From the IMG/VR virus record IMGVR_UViG_3300042452_000984, positions 1-64,000 of that record: a stretch of 64,000 nt of DNA, one strand, 5' to 3'. The notes beneath the pieces are model-generated. The model searched no databases and was not told the DNA's origin. It was given only the letters and a program-made list of their open reading frames with translations. Each line of letters opens with the position of its first letter. Position 1 is the first letter of the stretch. The stretch is from a virus. Positions 47,851-58,526 of the stretch are shown one piece after another. Both the position numbers and the translations under genes were made by a program.

Positions 47851-49040
47851 GTAAGAGCGATCGCGCCCGTTATGCCAGGGCAAACCATATTTTCTTTCGG
47901 CACGTTGGCCAGGAAACCAAGGACGTTTACTTTCGCGTAAACCCCCAGGCGATCCGTGTGCAACAGCAAAGTAAGGGTTCAGTAGTTGATACCCTGGGCG
48001 GGTACTTCAGAGAAATTCTGTACTCTGAAGACCCGCAGCGTAATGGGTTGATGCTACCGGACCTGACGATTGAATGTGACACCGGCGCGGGCTACCGCAA
48101 GGAGTTACAAAAGCTGGAATGGATATGGCGCAACCACGGCACGCCCAAGGAGGATGGCTCCCCGGCGGATACCTACTTTATGGACATGGCGGACGAGGAT
48201 ACGCTTTGGTTTGATGGGGCAACGCCCACTAACCCGTGGACCGATGGCGGCATTGGTGCAGGGCTCCCCCAGGGGACTGACCCAACGCCGCCCACCAACC
48301 CCGGGCTAACCCAGGCGCAACTACAAAAGGCGGTGGACCTAAAGCGGCAGTACAAGAGCAGCATCGCCAAGACCCTCAAGGGTAGTCGCTTTGTACCCCG
48401 GTGCTATCGCATTGAAATCCTTAGCTTTGCCTGGGATGAATCGGTGCAAGACCCTTACCGCATTCGGTTTAACTTTCGGTGCAAGATCCTCAAGGATGAA
48501 TTTTGGCAAGTAGATCAACCCCTGGCTGAAGGCACCGCAGTACAACCGCTCGAAGAATGGACTGATGGCGGCATCGGGCCGACCAAAGCGCCCATTGGCG
48601 ACAAGGGCAAAATGGTAGAAGAGGCGCTTAAGAAAAGTACCGACTTCCCCCTGAACCCCGCCGCCCAGGTAGCATTGATCCGAACCACCCTAGGCTTGCT
48701 GCCTGGCAACGTAGGCGCGATCGTGACGCCCTTAATCAATACGGTGATGGACTCCGTTGGACTAGGGGAAACCCAGATGCTTGCCAATGCCATGGAGCAG
48801 GGCTGGAGCGCCTATGACCCCGAGTTAGGGCAACGGCTCTATTGGCGCTCTGAATTTTCAGGTGTTCAGGCCACCCAAAATATGACTGAGCAACTAAAAA
48901 ATGTTTACCCGGCCCTCCCCGCCTCCGTGCAGGCGGTACTGAGTCAGACGGGGATGCAGGTGGGGCCATGGTCGCCGGCGGCGGTGGATGGGCTATCAGC
49001 AGCGGTGCAGACGCTTAGCATTTTGGGAGTCAAAATCTAA
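47847..49040 (+). CDS. Baseplate / tail tube initiator-like protein
   Basis: FRVNPQAI...TLGG...FNFRC pattern; position. Confidence 0.55.
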   Translation: MSKSDRARYARANHIFFRHVGQETKDVYFRVNPQAIRVQQQSKGSVVDTLGGYFREILYSEDPQRNGLMLPDLTIECDTGAGYRKELQKLEWIWRNHGTPKEDGSPADTYFMDMADEDTLWFDGATPTNPWTDGGIGAGLPQGTDPTPPTNPGLTQAQLQKAVDLKRQYKSSIAKTLKGSRFVPRCYRIEILSFAWDESVQDPYRIRFNFRCKILKDEFWQVDQPLAEGTAVQPLEEWTDGGIGPTKAPIGDKGKMVEEALKKSTDFPLNPAAQVALIRTTLGLLPGNVGAIVTPLINTVMDSVGLGETQMLANAMEQGWSAYDPELGQRLYWRSEFSGVQATQNMTEQLKNVYPALPASVQAVLSQTGMQVGPWSPAAVDGLSAAVQTLSILGVKI

Positions 49041-49369
49041 TGCCCCTCCTTCTCCCTAGCGAATATTCCCCGGAAGCCTTGATGGCCGATATACCTTTGC
49101 AACGGGCCGCCGTAAACCAGCTAACCATGCAGGTAGTCGCCCTTGATGAAGGCATCAACCTACCCATCTCGCCCACCGTTGGCCCAACCCGCCAGGGTGT
49201 ACGCCAGTACGAGGTAGGCACCTTTGAAACGCTCCCCACGATCGCGGCTAAGGTGTACGGTTCCCCCGACCGATGGACTGCGATCGCGGCGGCGAATGGG
49301 CTTAGCTATCCGTACATTGTCACCCCTGGCCAGTTGCTAACCCTACCGGAGCTACCCGTCGATGGCTGA
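49040..49369 (+). CDS. LysM / tail X-like baseplate protein
   Basis: ETLPTIAAKVYGSPDRWTAIAAANGL...PGQLLTLP. Confidence 0.8.
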   Translation: MPLLLPSEYSPEALMADIPLQRAAVNQLTMQVVALDEGINLPISPTVGPTRQGVRQYEVGTFETLPTIAAKVYGSPDRWTAIAAANGLSYPYIVTPGQLLTLPELPVDG

Positions 49370-49796
49370 TGTGATTGAGTCGATCTTTGGCAGCGACATT
49401 GCCTTTGATGCTTCGCCCGGGCTAACCGATGCGATCGCCAGTAGCACGGAGACGGACCTAGCCTACCGGGTGGGGGTACTGAGCCTGCGGGAGGAGATCG
49501 AGCGGCTATTTATGACCCCCAAAGGTAGCTTTGTCGATGATCCGACCTACGGCATCGACTGGGGGTTAATTGGCACCAACTTTGACCCACGGGTAAGCCT
49601 GGGGATGGCCCGACTAGCGGCCCTCAATGCACTCCAACACCCTAGCTTTAGAACCCGCTTTAGGGTGCGGCAACTGGAGACCGACTATAGCTTCCAGACG
49701 CCTAATGCTATCTACGTCTACGGACTACTAGAGGTATTTGGCTTTAGCGGTGCCGCATTTCAGTTCGGACCGATCGCCCTTCAACTCATGGGATAG
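49362..49796 (+). CDS. Baseplate wedge gp25/gpW-like protein
   Basis: LFMTPKGSFVDDPTYG. Confidence 0.8.
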   Translation: MADVIESIFGSDIAFDASPGLTDAIASSTETDLAYRVGVLSLREEIERLFMTPKGSFVDDPTYGIDWGLIGTNFDPRVSLGMARLAALNALQHPSFRTRFRVRQLETDYSFQTPNAIYVYGLLEVFGFSGAAFQFGPIALQLMG

Positions 49797-49798
49797 CT

Positions 49799-51154
49799 AT
49801 GGCTGACAATGTACGGTTTCTCACCTGGCAGGAAGTATTGGACCAGATGCTATCCTTCCTGCCACCCCAATGGCGTGCCAACTTTACCGGCAAGCTATTT
49901 AAGCGCCTCCTGGTGGCCTTCAGCCTATCGATGGAGGGATTATATGGGTTTCTCTCCCACGTGCTGCGGATGAGCATCCTAGCCACCAGTGAAGGGCAGT
50001 GGCTCAGGCAATTGGTAGCAGGCTTTGGCATGAGCGCCAATGCGGGCATTGCAGCGGTGGCGGCGGTGCGCTTTGAACGCTACGGGGCGACAACAACCGC
50101 GGTTACCATCCCTGTGGGGACGGCGGTACAAACCAGTGGTGGGCTTGTCTTTACCACCAATTCATCGGCAACGCTGGCGATCGCTCAAAGCTCGACCTTG
50201 GTAATTTGCACCTGTAGCCAGCCAGGGACGGTGGGCAATGTGGTTGGGGGCAGCATCAACGCGCTGCGATCGCCGATTGTGGGTATTGACAACGTGATAA
50301 ACCTGGACCCGGCGGTGGGTGGTGCCGACCCGGAGGCGGACGCGTCGATTAAGGCCAGGGTGCCCCAGCATTTAGCAATGTTGCACCGGGCCACCATACC
50401 AGCCACCGAGGCGGCAATCCTGGGCCAGCCCGCGTTATTCCCGTCGGTGGTGAGCTTTATCACTGAACGGCGATCGGACCTACCCGGCTACGTGCGAGGG
50501 GTGCTAGCCGATGCCAGCGGCGGCGACCTATTTCGCCCAGGCACCTGGCAAACGACGGACCTACCCGGCACCTATTACGTGGTGACCAGTCAAACGCCCC
50601 AGGGGTTAATCGAGGCGGGTTGGCCCTGCAAGCGCTTTGGTGTGGTTAGCCAAACCACCGACGGCAGGGAGCAATGGAACCCGTCTGACTCAGCGGTGAC
50701 CGTCTCCCAGGGTAATTACCGATGGTTCTATGACACCAGTAACAGCCGCCTCTATGCCCGGGGAAATGGCGGCAACTTGAATAGCCTGGAGATGGTGATC
50801 TACGCGGGGGTGGTATGGCAGGCGGTGCAGGAGCTAGAAACCAAATGGGTAGCGGCAGGGGTTGGGGTTGATGTGATCGTCCCCACCACCAGCCGGGTTG
50901 CCTTTATCCTGTCCTATGCCCTAGAACCTGGCTACACCGCCAGCACCGTAGAGGCTGCCCTGGCCGCTGCGGTCAATAGCTACGTTGGCACCCTGCGGAT
51001 GGGCCAAACCTTAGAGGTAGAGGCACTCTATGGTGTCCTAGGCGGCGTCCCCGGTGCCGGTGGCATATTGCTGATCTCGCCTGCCACCAACGTGACGGTG
51101 GAGCGCGGCTACATTATCCGGGTGGCATCGGTGCAAGTTATCAGACGAGGTTAA
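49799..51154 (+). CDS. Baseplate J-like protein
   Basis: ATSEGQWL, IPVGTAV, PGTVGNV and GGADPEADASIKAR. Confidence 0.88.
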   Translation: MADNVRFLTWQEVLDQMLSFLPPQWRANFTGKLFKRLLVAFSLSMEGLYGFLSHVLRMSILATSEGQWLRQLVAGFGMSANAGIAAVAAVRFERYGATTTAVTIPVGTAVQTSGGLVFTTNSSATLAIAQSSTLVICTCSQPGTVGNVVGGSINALRSPIVGIDNVINLDPAVGGADPEADASIKARVPQHLAMLHRATIPATEAAILGQPALFPSVVSFITERRSDLPGYVRGVLADASGGDLFRPGTWQTTDLPGTYYVVTSQTPQGLIEAGWPCKRFGVVSQTTDGREQWNPSDSAVTVSQGNYRWFYDTSNSRLYARGNGGNLNSLEMVIYAGVVWQAVQELETKWVAAGVGVDVIVPTTSRVAFILSYALEPGYTASTVEAALAAAVNSYVGTLRMGQTLEVEALYGVLGGVPGAGGILLISPATNVTVERGYIIRVASVQVIRRG

Positions 51155-51217
51155 CCACCGCGAACCCCGTTAAAATAGGCAGTAAATTGCGCTCTTTATC
51201 TCCTTCGGGTTCTGCCA

Positions 51218-52720
51218 TTGGCGGAACCCATTTTTATGGCAACCCCTGTTAACCCTGCCTACCAATTAGACGCCTTCCAGGAATTTGAGCGGCACCTACC
51301 GCCCACCTGGTTTCGGCAATTGCACCAGCGACAGGGACCGCTTTACCCAGTGGTATGGGCATTGTGTGGCGCGATCGCGGGCGCCCGGGAATCTATCGAC
51401 TCAGCGCGATCGATGGCGATACCGCAAACCTCAGAAGGCTTTTGGCTATCGCTACACCTGCTAGGGCTAGGGCTAACCCGCCGTAGTGCTGAGAGCGACG
51501 CTCAAGCCCGCACCCGATACCGCCTTGAATTTAGCCAGTCTCGCAATACCCGCCAAGGACTCCAGCTATCGCTGACCACCTTCAGTGGACTATCCGCCAA
51601 TGAGCTACGGCTAGAGACAGCCTTTTCAGAAAGGCGCTACGGTGAATTATCCTTAGTCGTTGATACCACCGACCCGTGGTTTGATATTGATTGGTGGTGG
51701 CTAGAGGATCTATTTACTAAGCGCGTTGCCAATGGCATCAACTACAAAGCATCTATAACCGCCCAGGGGCTAGAGACGGTCGCCCTGCCGCCCTGGGACT
51801 ATTACACCCGTTTCCCTACCTCCACGGACCTATTAGCGCCCTTTTGGCAGCGACCCGCCTTCATTAATGAGCTGCGCATCATTGACAGTGACTTGTTGCT
51901 CGAAGAGGTAGTTAGCCTTTCGCTAGGTAGCTATAGCCTACCGGCTAGCGCTGATGCCCTGGACCTACCCGCCAGTGCCGATAGCTACGACCTGCCGGTG
52001 ACCATCACCGCGATCGCGCTCACCCCGACCGCTATCAGCAATAGTCCCTTCTCTCGTAATGTGCTGGGCTTCATTTGCCGCACCAATTGGAATAACCATA
52101 GCCTGCGGTTAGCGGAGCTATGGCGCAACCTAGCCTATACCCAACAGCCGGGGCAACCCTTTTTCTATGTCGGTGAGGATAACGATTGTTCTCACCTAGT
52201 GGTTGATACCATCACCCTACCGACGCCTCCCTTTGTGGGCGATACCGCTGATGACCTATTTGGTTACGGGCCATGGCGATTGGCGCTAGGCAATAGCACC
52301 GCGGTAGCAACCACTATCACAAGCCCGATCGCGACTTTACCCCTAGCTGGACAATGGTGGACCGATGGCGACGTGGAGGAGCGATCGCCGACACCAATCA
52401 TCGAGGCGGGTGTCCGTTACTTGATGCTGGAATTTTTGTTGCCTAAGACCAGCACCGGGACAACCATTCGACAGTTAGAACTACTCCTAGGCTATGACCA
52501 AACTAACTATGACGTCGTACTGGACTGGAGTTTGCCAAGTAGTGCAGATGAATGGCTAGTGTCCCTCGAAAACCAATGGTTTCTGACAGCCGGCGAGGAC
52601 AATGATGCCTTGACGCCTAACCTGCCTAGCCGTAGCAGCATCCATTACCGCACTGTCAACTTGACGGTGCCACCTGATGTGAATACAGCCTTTTTATTGT
52701 TGCTGGAGTATAGCCCGTGA
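51218..52720 (+). CDS. Baseplate wedge protein (gpI-like N-terminus)
   Basis: TSEGFWL...GLTRRSAESDAQARTR; follows baseplate J. Confidence 0.65.
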   Translation: MAEPIFMATPVNPAYQLDAFQEFERHLPPTWFRQLHQRQGPLYPVVWALCGAIAGARESIDSARSMAIPQTSEGFWLSLHLLGLGLTRRSAESDAQARTRYRLEFSQSRNTRQGLQLSLTTFSGLSANELRLETAFSERRYGELSLVVDTTDPWFDIDWWWLEDLFTKRVANGINYKASITAQGLETVALPPWDYYTRFPTSTDLLAPFWQRPAFINELRIIDSDLLLEEVVSLSLGSYSLPASADALDLPASADSYDLPVTITAIALTPTAISNSPFSRNVLGFICRTNWNNHSLRLAELWRNLAYTQQPGQPFFYVGEDNDCSHLVVDTITLPTPPFVGDTADDLFGYGPWRLALGNSTAVATTITSPIATLPLAGQWWTDGDVEERSPTPIIEAGVRYLMLEFLLPKTSTGTTIRQLELLLGYDQTNYDVVLDWSLPSSADEWLVSLENQWFLTAGEDNDALTPNLPSRSSIHYRTVNLTVPPDVNTAFLLLLEYSP

Positions 52721-54918
52721 GCCTGAATGTTTACCGTCATGCCCGGGACTTAGCGATCCTTTGGCTGGGGCAGCAGTCTGATACCGATAGCCGGGTGCCG
52801 ACCGCCGAGGAATTGGCGGCGACCGAGGATATTATCCGCAGCCATGTCAGTGCTACCCGGCGATCGCGTCCCAATGGGTTACTGAACCGTCCTACCTTCA
52901 CTGGCGGCAGCCAGACGGTGACCCTATCCTCCCTATCGCCTTGGCTCCATAGCCACCCTGGGTTAGCTACTATCCCATCGACGGCGGTGGAGCTACCACC
53001 TTTAACCAGTGGCGCTGTTGTCAACCGCTACGACTACCTTTACCTGGTGGCCATGGCGGTACAGGTGGGCGCCGCCCAGGATGCTAACGTAGCGCTTACG
53101 TTTCAATGGCGCAGCGGCAACCTATTGCAGTCAGTCACCCGTGAAAATACGGCACGACTGCGTTCTGTCTATGGCATTTGGGTATCCCAGGGGGAGATGA
53201 GTGCCGCTGCGATCGCAACGGCGATCGGCAACAGCATTGCTGTCTCCACCTCAGCACCGCTTATCTATGGCAACAGTCGCCTTTACCTGAGTGATACCGC
53301 CCTGGCTGATGGCGTCACCTACGCTATCAATGGCACGCCGGAGGTAATTAGCCTATTGCGAGCATGGCGGGTACAGGGCAATACCATTGACGGATGGCAA
53401 TGGGGGCCAACGGAGCAACCGCTCGAGGCCGCCATTCACTTGCAGCCAACCTATCGCTATGTGGGCGACGGGTGGGACAATTGGCGCGATCGCTTGCAAG
53501 AAAGCGTCTATCGACTAATGCGCGGTGAACCCTTGCAGAACGCACCAACCCAGGCAAGAGGTGTTTATAACTTGCTCAACGGGCAAGTGGGCAGCAATAC
53601 GGCAGCGCCAGGGGTGGCAACCACCTCCCCCAATGGCTCGACGATGCTGGCCAATGAGCAGCGCATTACCTTCACCAATGAGGCGATCATTCAGACCACC
53701 TACGCGATCGCGCTAACCACGACCAGTGATGGCAGCAGCCCAGCTAAGGCACAGGCGACCATTAACTTTGCTGGCAATTCACCCACCGGGGCCACCTTTG
53801 CCAGTAGCGGCCATGCCATCTTTGATGGCACCGGCGCTAATATCAGCGCCAATGGCAGCTTTACCGGCGGTGGTGGCACCGCCGCCCTAACCTGGACGGC
53901 AACGACAGCCGGCACACCTGCAGTTGGCACAACGCTTTACTTGGTTCCCGCCATCTCCTACCCAGCAGGTTCAGGGTTACCCATCTGTGGAGCAATTGAA
54001 AAAGTCTACCTAAATGGCACCGCCCTGAGCCCTGCCAACGTGCGGGAGGCAGACATTACCGGCTATACCAACCCGGCAGCGGCGGAAAGCTACATTGTGG
54101 TGATGAACCGCAACAATGCAGCCGTTCAGTGGATTTACCGCAAATTTACAGTTACCTCCAGCGGCTCCGGCATCGTCACCCTACCCAGTGGCGCCCGGGG
54201 TGAAATCGCCTGGATTAGTGGCACCAATGCCCCCACGACGCGCCAGGATGCGCCGGTCATCACCGGGCTAGCCAATAGCAGCGAGTATTCTATCCTGTGC
54301 TACCACGCACCGCCCGCTAGTGAGCAATGGCAATTTCAGCTATTGTCTCCCGCCTATGCTGGCACCTTAGATCGGGCTTGGCTGAATGGCGCACGGGTGA
54401 CGACGGCCCCCATGGCGATCGCTCACTCGCTTGGCGGTGGCACCACCTTTAACCCCCCTAGCCGCCCATTGCCGGACGGAGAGGTGCTGGGCCATTGTGT
54501 CGCGTGGCGGTTGCCGCGCAATAGTGAAGCGTTAGCGGTGGCTGACCATACCCTTAATGCTGAAATTAACCTGGGTGGGTTATTTAGCCGCAATGCGCCC
54601 TTTGTTGTTTTCCCCGTCTCTACGCCAGAGGCAGGTTTAGCTGGGCTACGGCCCGGGCAGGTGGTAAGCGTCACCAACTTAGTTGCCACCTACCCGCGAT
54701 CTATGGCGGCAACGCTAACTGCCAGAGGCACTGCGATCGGGGTATTTAAGCCAACCCTTAGCAATAGCAAGGCGTACCAATTGGTGATCTTTTGCGGGTT
54801 AGAAAAGGACGGCGACCATCGGTTTTTGGTGCTTACCTTCAACGGTAGCGGCAACAGCCTAGCGGCAAGCACCGATAGCACTGGCTATGCCGGGATTGAT
54901 GTTTTTAGGTATTACTAA
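52717..54918 (+). CDS. Baseplate or tail fibre-associated protein
   Basis: 733 aa, beta-rich; position. Confidence 0.6.
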   Translation: MSLNVYRHARDLAILWLGQQSDTDSRVPTAEELAATEDIIRSHVSATRRSRPNGLLNRPTFTGGSQTVTLSSLSPWLHSHPGLATIPSTAVELPPLTSGAVVNRYDYLYLVAMAVQVGAAQDANVALTFQWRSGNLLQSVTRENTARLRSVYGIWVSQGEMSAAAIATAIGNSIAVSTSAPLIYGNSRLYLSDTALADGVTYAINGTPEVISLLRAWRVQGNTIDGWQWGPTEQPLEAAIHLQPTYRYVGDGWDNWRDRLQESVYRLMRGEPLQNAPTQARGVYNLLNGQVGSNTAAPGVATTSPNGSTMLANEQRITFTNEAIIQTTYAIALTTTSDGSSPAKAQATINFAGNSPTGATFASSGHAIFDGTGANISANGSFTGGGGTAALTWTATTAGTPAVGTTLYLVPAISYPAGSGLPICGAIEKVYLNGTALSPANVREADITGYTNPAAAESYIVVMNRNNAAVQWIYRKFTVTSSGSGIVTLPSGARGEIAWISGTNAPTTRQDAPVITGLANSSEYSILCYHAPPASEQWQFQLLSPAYAGTLDRAWLNGARVTTAPMAIAHSLGGGTTFNPPSRPLPDGEVLGHCVAWRLPRNSEALAVADHTLNAEINLGGLFSRNAPFVVFPVSTPEAGLAGLRPGQVVSVTNLVATYPRSMAATLTARGTAIGVFKPTLSNSKAYQLVIFCGLEKDGDHRFLVLTFNGSGNSLAASTDSTGYAGIDVFRYY

Positions 54919-55298
54919 TGGCCACATACACTGTCGAAAATGGTTACAAAAAGCTGGTCCTGGACGATGCGTCCAAGGTGGATGTTGTCGCTCCCTTGTC
55001 GCTCGACGAAGGACAATTTGTCCGACTTATCCCAGCTCAGCTAACGGTCCTCAACAATATCAAGACCGGCGTTGATACCCTCAACGCGGCAACCGGTGCC
55101 AACGATGCCCAGCTTGTCCTTAATGCTGAAGACCTGGCGATCGCCTACACCTACAACGACCCTGGCACCGCCAACCAACGCATTGCCACCGTCGTCTATA
55201 CCAGCACCAGTGCGGGGCATACGGTGACCGATACCTACGCCTATGCCGGTAGTGCCCCCAACTATTACCTGACCTCTATCACCCGAGTAACCACCTAA
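54918..55298 (+). CDS. Tail-associated small protein
   Basis: Coupled to the upstream gene; Thr/Tyr-rich. Confidence 0.55.
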   Translation: MATYTVENGYKKLVLDDASKVDVVAPLSLDEGQFVRLIPAQLTVLNNIKTGVDTLNAATGANDAQLVLNAEDLAIAYTYNDPGTANQRIATVVYTSTSAGHTVTDTYAYAGSAPNYYLTSITRVTT

Positions 55299-55300
55299 CC

Positions 55301-56590
55301 ATGGCTTTTAACTTTGGGGATATTCCCCTAATCCTGCAAGAACTACGGCGTTATTTCGCTAGCAAAGCCCAGGGGACACTGGCCGATAGTGCTCTCCAAC
55401 CCGGCGCGATCGGCTCTACCGTTCAAGGCTATGATGCGGACCTCGCCGCCGTTGCCGCTATCACCACCACCGGAGGCATTAAACGCACCGGCGCTAATAC
55501 TTGGACCACGTTCCCCCTCACCAATGCCGGGGAGGCGGTGACAGGGGCCGCTGATGCCGCCGCCCAACGGACCGCCCTGGGGTTAACTATTGGCTCTAAT
55601 GTTCAAGCCTGGGATGCGGACCTGGATGCGATCGCTGCCATCTCAGCCACCGGACCCATAGAACGGACTGGGGCAGGTACTTGGGCGGTCAGCGATCGGG
55701 TGAGGTTGTTTGGGGGTAATGGGCAGGGCGCCAATACAGACTTTAGTACTACTGGTAATACAACCCTTGGTGACGGGTTGTATTATTTTCGCGATTTCAC
55801 CGTCAATACGGGCCACACCGTTACCATTAGCCGATTTGCTCGCATCTATTGCAGTGGCACCTTTACGGTACAAAGTGGAGCGACTATTACAGTTACTCAA
55901 GCAGCAAGGGCTCAAGGTGCTGGCCACGGCATGAGTGGCGCAGATCAACGCATTTTAGAAATTGGCAACCTGGGAGGCGTTGGAGCTATTTACAACCCGT
56001 TTGTGTTTCCCTTTGGTTCACCGGGTGCTGGTGGTTCGTGTCGGACAGAGCCCGGCGGCGTTATTCAAAACGTTCCTCAAGGCGGCGATGGAGGTGGCGC
56101 TATTTGGGTAGAAGCCAACGGCGCTATTTCAATAAGTGGCACTATTACAGCGATCGGCGACAATGGCAGTGCGGCAAATAGCCCTAGCGGCAATTACATT
56201 TCAACTGGTGGCGGTGGAGGCAGCGGCGGGGCTATTATGCTGACCAGTCTTGCCAGTATTACTATCGCCTCCACCGCCACCCTATCAGTCAGGGGCGGCA
56301 ATGGTGCAAATGGTACGGCGGGAGGTATAGCTAACGCCCGTGGCTATGGCGGCAGTGGTGGCGGCGGTGGATGGGTATGGCTAACCGCACCTACTGTAAC
56401 AACGACAGGTGCCACCATTACCCTATCCGGCGGCACCGTCGGCTCCCAAGGTAGCACCGGCGGAACTGCTACGACCACGGAAGGAATCGCCTGGGGTGGA
56501 TCATTCGCAGGAGCAGGTGGGACGGGTGCCATTGGAGCATCCGGCGGATCAGGCACCCTGGTTACTCGCACCTATAAGGCGGTGGCATAA
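55301..56590 (+). CDS. Tail fibre / receptor-binding protein, Gly-rich
   Basis: Two VQ.[YW]DADL.A.AA..RTGA.TW repeats; GGGGSGG-rich C-terminus. Confidence 0.75.
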   Translation: MAFNFGDIPLILQELRRYFASKAQGTLADSALQPGAIGSTVQGYDADLAAVAAITTTGGIKRTGANTWTTFPLTNAGEAVTGAADAAAQRTALGLTIGSNVQAWDADLDAIAAISATGPIERTGAGTWAVSDRVRLFGGNGQGANTDFSTTGNTTLGDGLYYFRDFTVNTGHTVTISRFARIYCSGTFTVQSGATITVTQAARAQGAGHGMSGADQRILEIGNLGGVGAIYNPFVFPFGSPGAGGSCRTEPGGVIQNVPQGGDGGGAIWVEANGAISISGTITAIGDNGSAANSPSGNYISTGGGGGSGGAIMLTSLASITIASTATLSVRGGNGANGTAGGIANARGYGGSGGGGGWVWLTAPTVTTTGATITLSGGTVGSQGSTGGTATTTEGIAWGGSFAGAGGTGAIGASGGSGTLVTRTYKAVA

Positions 56591-57096
56591 TGTTTTTCTT
56601 CATTGACCAAGACAATCAAATTGTTGGCTATTGCAACGACGAAAGCGTCGGCACTCCCTCCGGCTTTACCTTAGTCGAAGGGCCAGACGCTAGCCGCGAC
56701 GACCTCTATTACGACGGCACCGCCATTCAGCTAAAGCCCGATCGCCCCAGCGATACCGCCTATTGGGACAACACCACCAACACCTGGCAGGAGCCACCCC
56801 CGCCTCCACCCGCGCCAGTGCTGCCCAACTGGGGCAACCTCGCCGATCGCTTGGTGGCTGACATCGACATCCTCGCCATCTTGGCCACTAACCCGTTATT
56901 CCCTGCCTTGGTGGGCCGCCTGCAAACCCTGCGCAATGGTGGCGCCATGGGTGACCCGGAACCTTTGATAGCGCTCTGGAACCACCAGTCCTATAGCTTC
57001 ACTGAGGCACAGCTAGATACCCTCAACCTGATGGCCGAAGAGGAGCATATCCCGCTAGCGATCACGCCGGAGGGGACGTTAGCGGCTACGTCTTGA
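56590..57096 (+). CDS. Tail fibre assembly chaperone-like protein
   Basis: KPDRPSDTAYWD...W motif; follows the fibre gene. Confidence 0.6.
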   Translation: MFFFIDQDNQIVGYCNDESVGTPSGFTLVEGPDASRDDLYYDGTAIQLKPDRPSDTAYWDNTTNTWQEPPPPPPAPVLPNWGNLADRLVADIDILAILATNPLFPALVGRLQTLRNGGAMGDPEPLIALWNHQSYSFTEAQLDTLNLMAEEEHIPLAITPEGTLAATS

Positions 57097-57276
57097 AGTA
57101 GCGCCAAGTGCCGATCGCACCCCCCGCGATCGCGGCTAGGCCAGCGGCAAGCATAATTACATCCCCAGCGCGAATTTGCGCCAGTATCACTAAAAAGACC
57201 CCATAGCCTAGGCTGTGGGGTCTTTGCTTTGACCATTCAAAAGCCGCCTGGATGGCGGCCAACACCCGCATTAAAG

Positions 57277-57852
57277 TCATTGAGCAAGCGACCTAGGAGA
57301 ACTGCCTGTCATACTAGCATTATTGCTACTGGCTAGCAGGCGACCGTAGAAATGGGTGCCGTGGAAGAAGGCTTCTGGCCCCACCACGTTCAGCCAAACT
57401 GGAAAGGCGCTAATCGCCCAGAGCGATGGCACGCCAAAAGCAAGCATCGACGTTCTCAGGTTGTACGAGTACGCCCAGAAGCCGCCATAACCCAGGGCCA
57501 GTACCACCGCTATAGTAACCACGGTCCCCAAGGACCGGCTGACCACGTTGTCCGAGCTGAGCCGCTTGATTTCGCCATAGGCCAGCGGTAGCCCCTGGGG
57601 GTGGAAGGCAATGCCACTGATCACCAAGCACAGCAAGTCAGTCGCGATCGCACTACCGTAGCGAGCGATCATCCCCTCCATGCCCGCCCGGGCGGCCACT
57701 GGGGTAAAGTCTACCGTCGCCGCCGCCTTGGCGACTGCACCAATCCCCACTGCCGAATAGTGGATATTGGTGGCCATCAACAGGGCAGCGATCGCCAGGG
57801 CGCCGTAGTTCAGGCTACGGCTAATCATTGGGTTGCGGCCTATCGCGGTCAT
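57277..57852 (-). CDS. Multi-pass membrane protein
   Basis: Three to four hydrophobic segments; coupled operon. Confidence 0.65.
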   Translation of the reverse strand: MTAIGRNPMISRSLNYGALAIAALLMATNIHYSAVGIGAVAKAAATVDFTPVAARAGMEGMIARYGSAIATDLLCLVISGIAFHPQGLPLAYGEIKRLSSDNVVSRSLGTVVTIAVVLALGYGGFWAYSYNLRTSMLAFGVPSLWAISAFPVWLNVVGPEAFFHGTHFYGRLLASSNNASMTGSSPRSLAQ

Positions 57853-58526
57853 GATTTTACGTCCTTTATCAACGAAATAATCCGGTTATACTTTTCAGTC
57901 CCTTTGGACTGACCAAACACCACAGTGACGATCTTGTTTTGACTAACCCCTGCTGTTATCGCCCGCTCCACCCAAACAGACGCATTAACCAACGCCTTGC
58001 GATCGCGATAATTAGTAACCTGAGCAGGCGGTAAATGCACTGGAAAAAAGCATTTGTTTTGCTCCAACCATTCGTTAGGCGGTAGTGTTTCCACCTCACT
58101 ACAACCGGTTGCTCCACCGGTTGTACAACCAGTTGCTACAACCGGTTGTAATGCTGGTTGCACCAAGGTTTCAGGGGCATGTGAGGGGGTAGGCTCAGGG
58201 GCGGTTGCAGGTGAGTCTATGCCTACCCAGGGGTAACGCTCGATCGCTTCTATTTCTTCTTTTGAATACTTACGATCTAACTCATCCCAAAATTGCTTAG
58301 ACGCCGTTGCCCGCACTGGCGGCTTCTCCACTTCAACCCTAGCAGTAGCCATGGCTGGACTTGCTAGCCAGGGTGAACCCTCCCCGCCTGTTCTCGCCAC
58401 CAATTCCAGCTGCTCCCGCTCGTTGTCCCATTGCGCAAGCTTAGCGGCGCCAACACCTAGAGCAAGGAAGAAAAAGAAAGCGATCGCGTTACCCATATGC
58501 ACCCTCCAACCCTTAACTACCGGCAA
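57849..58526 (-). CDS. Membrane-anchored hypothetical protein
   Basis: N-terminal TM segment, Pro/Thr linker and a possible C-terminal HTH (VSQNKIVTVVFG). Confidence 0.6.
   Translation of the reverse strand: MPVVKGWRVHMGNAIAFFFFLALGVGAAKLAQWDNEREQLELVARTGGEGSPWLASPAMATARVEVEKPPVRATASKQFWDELDRKYSKEEIEAIERYPWVGIDSPATAPEPTPSHAPETLVQPALQPVVATGCTTGGATGCSEVETLPPNEWLEQNKCFFPVHLPPAQVTNYRDRKALVNASVWVERAITAGVSQNKIVTVVFGQSKGTEKYNRIISLIKDVKS

Noticed and set aside
47847-49040. LQKA and LKKS in a baseplate-region protein as cargo cleavage sites
   Set aside because: No leader or mini-module is present; a 4-aa motif occurs by chance, so these count as background
34650-56590. Stand-alone contractile injection system (eCIS or tailocin)
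   Set aside because: Capsid, scaffold, protease, MuF and replication genes are present, so this is a phage
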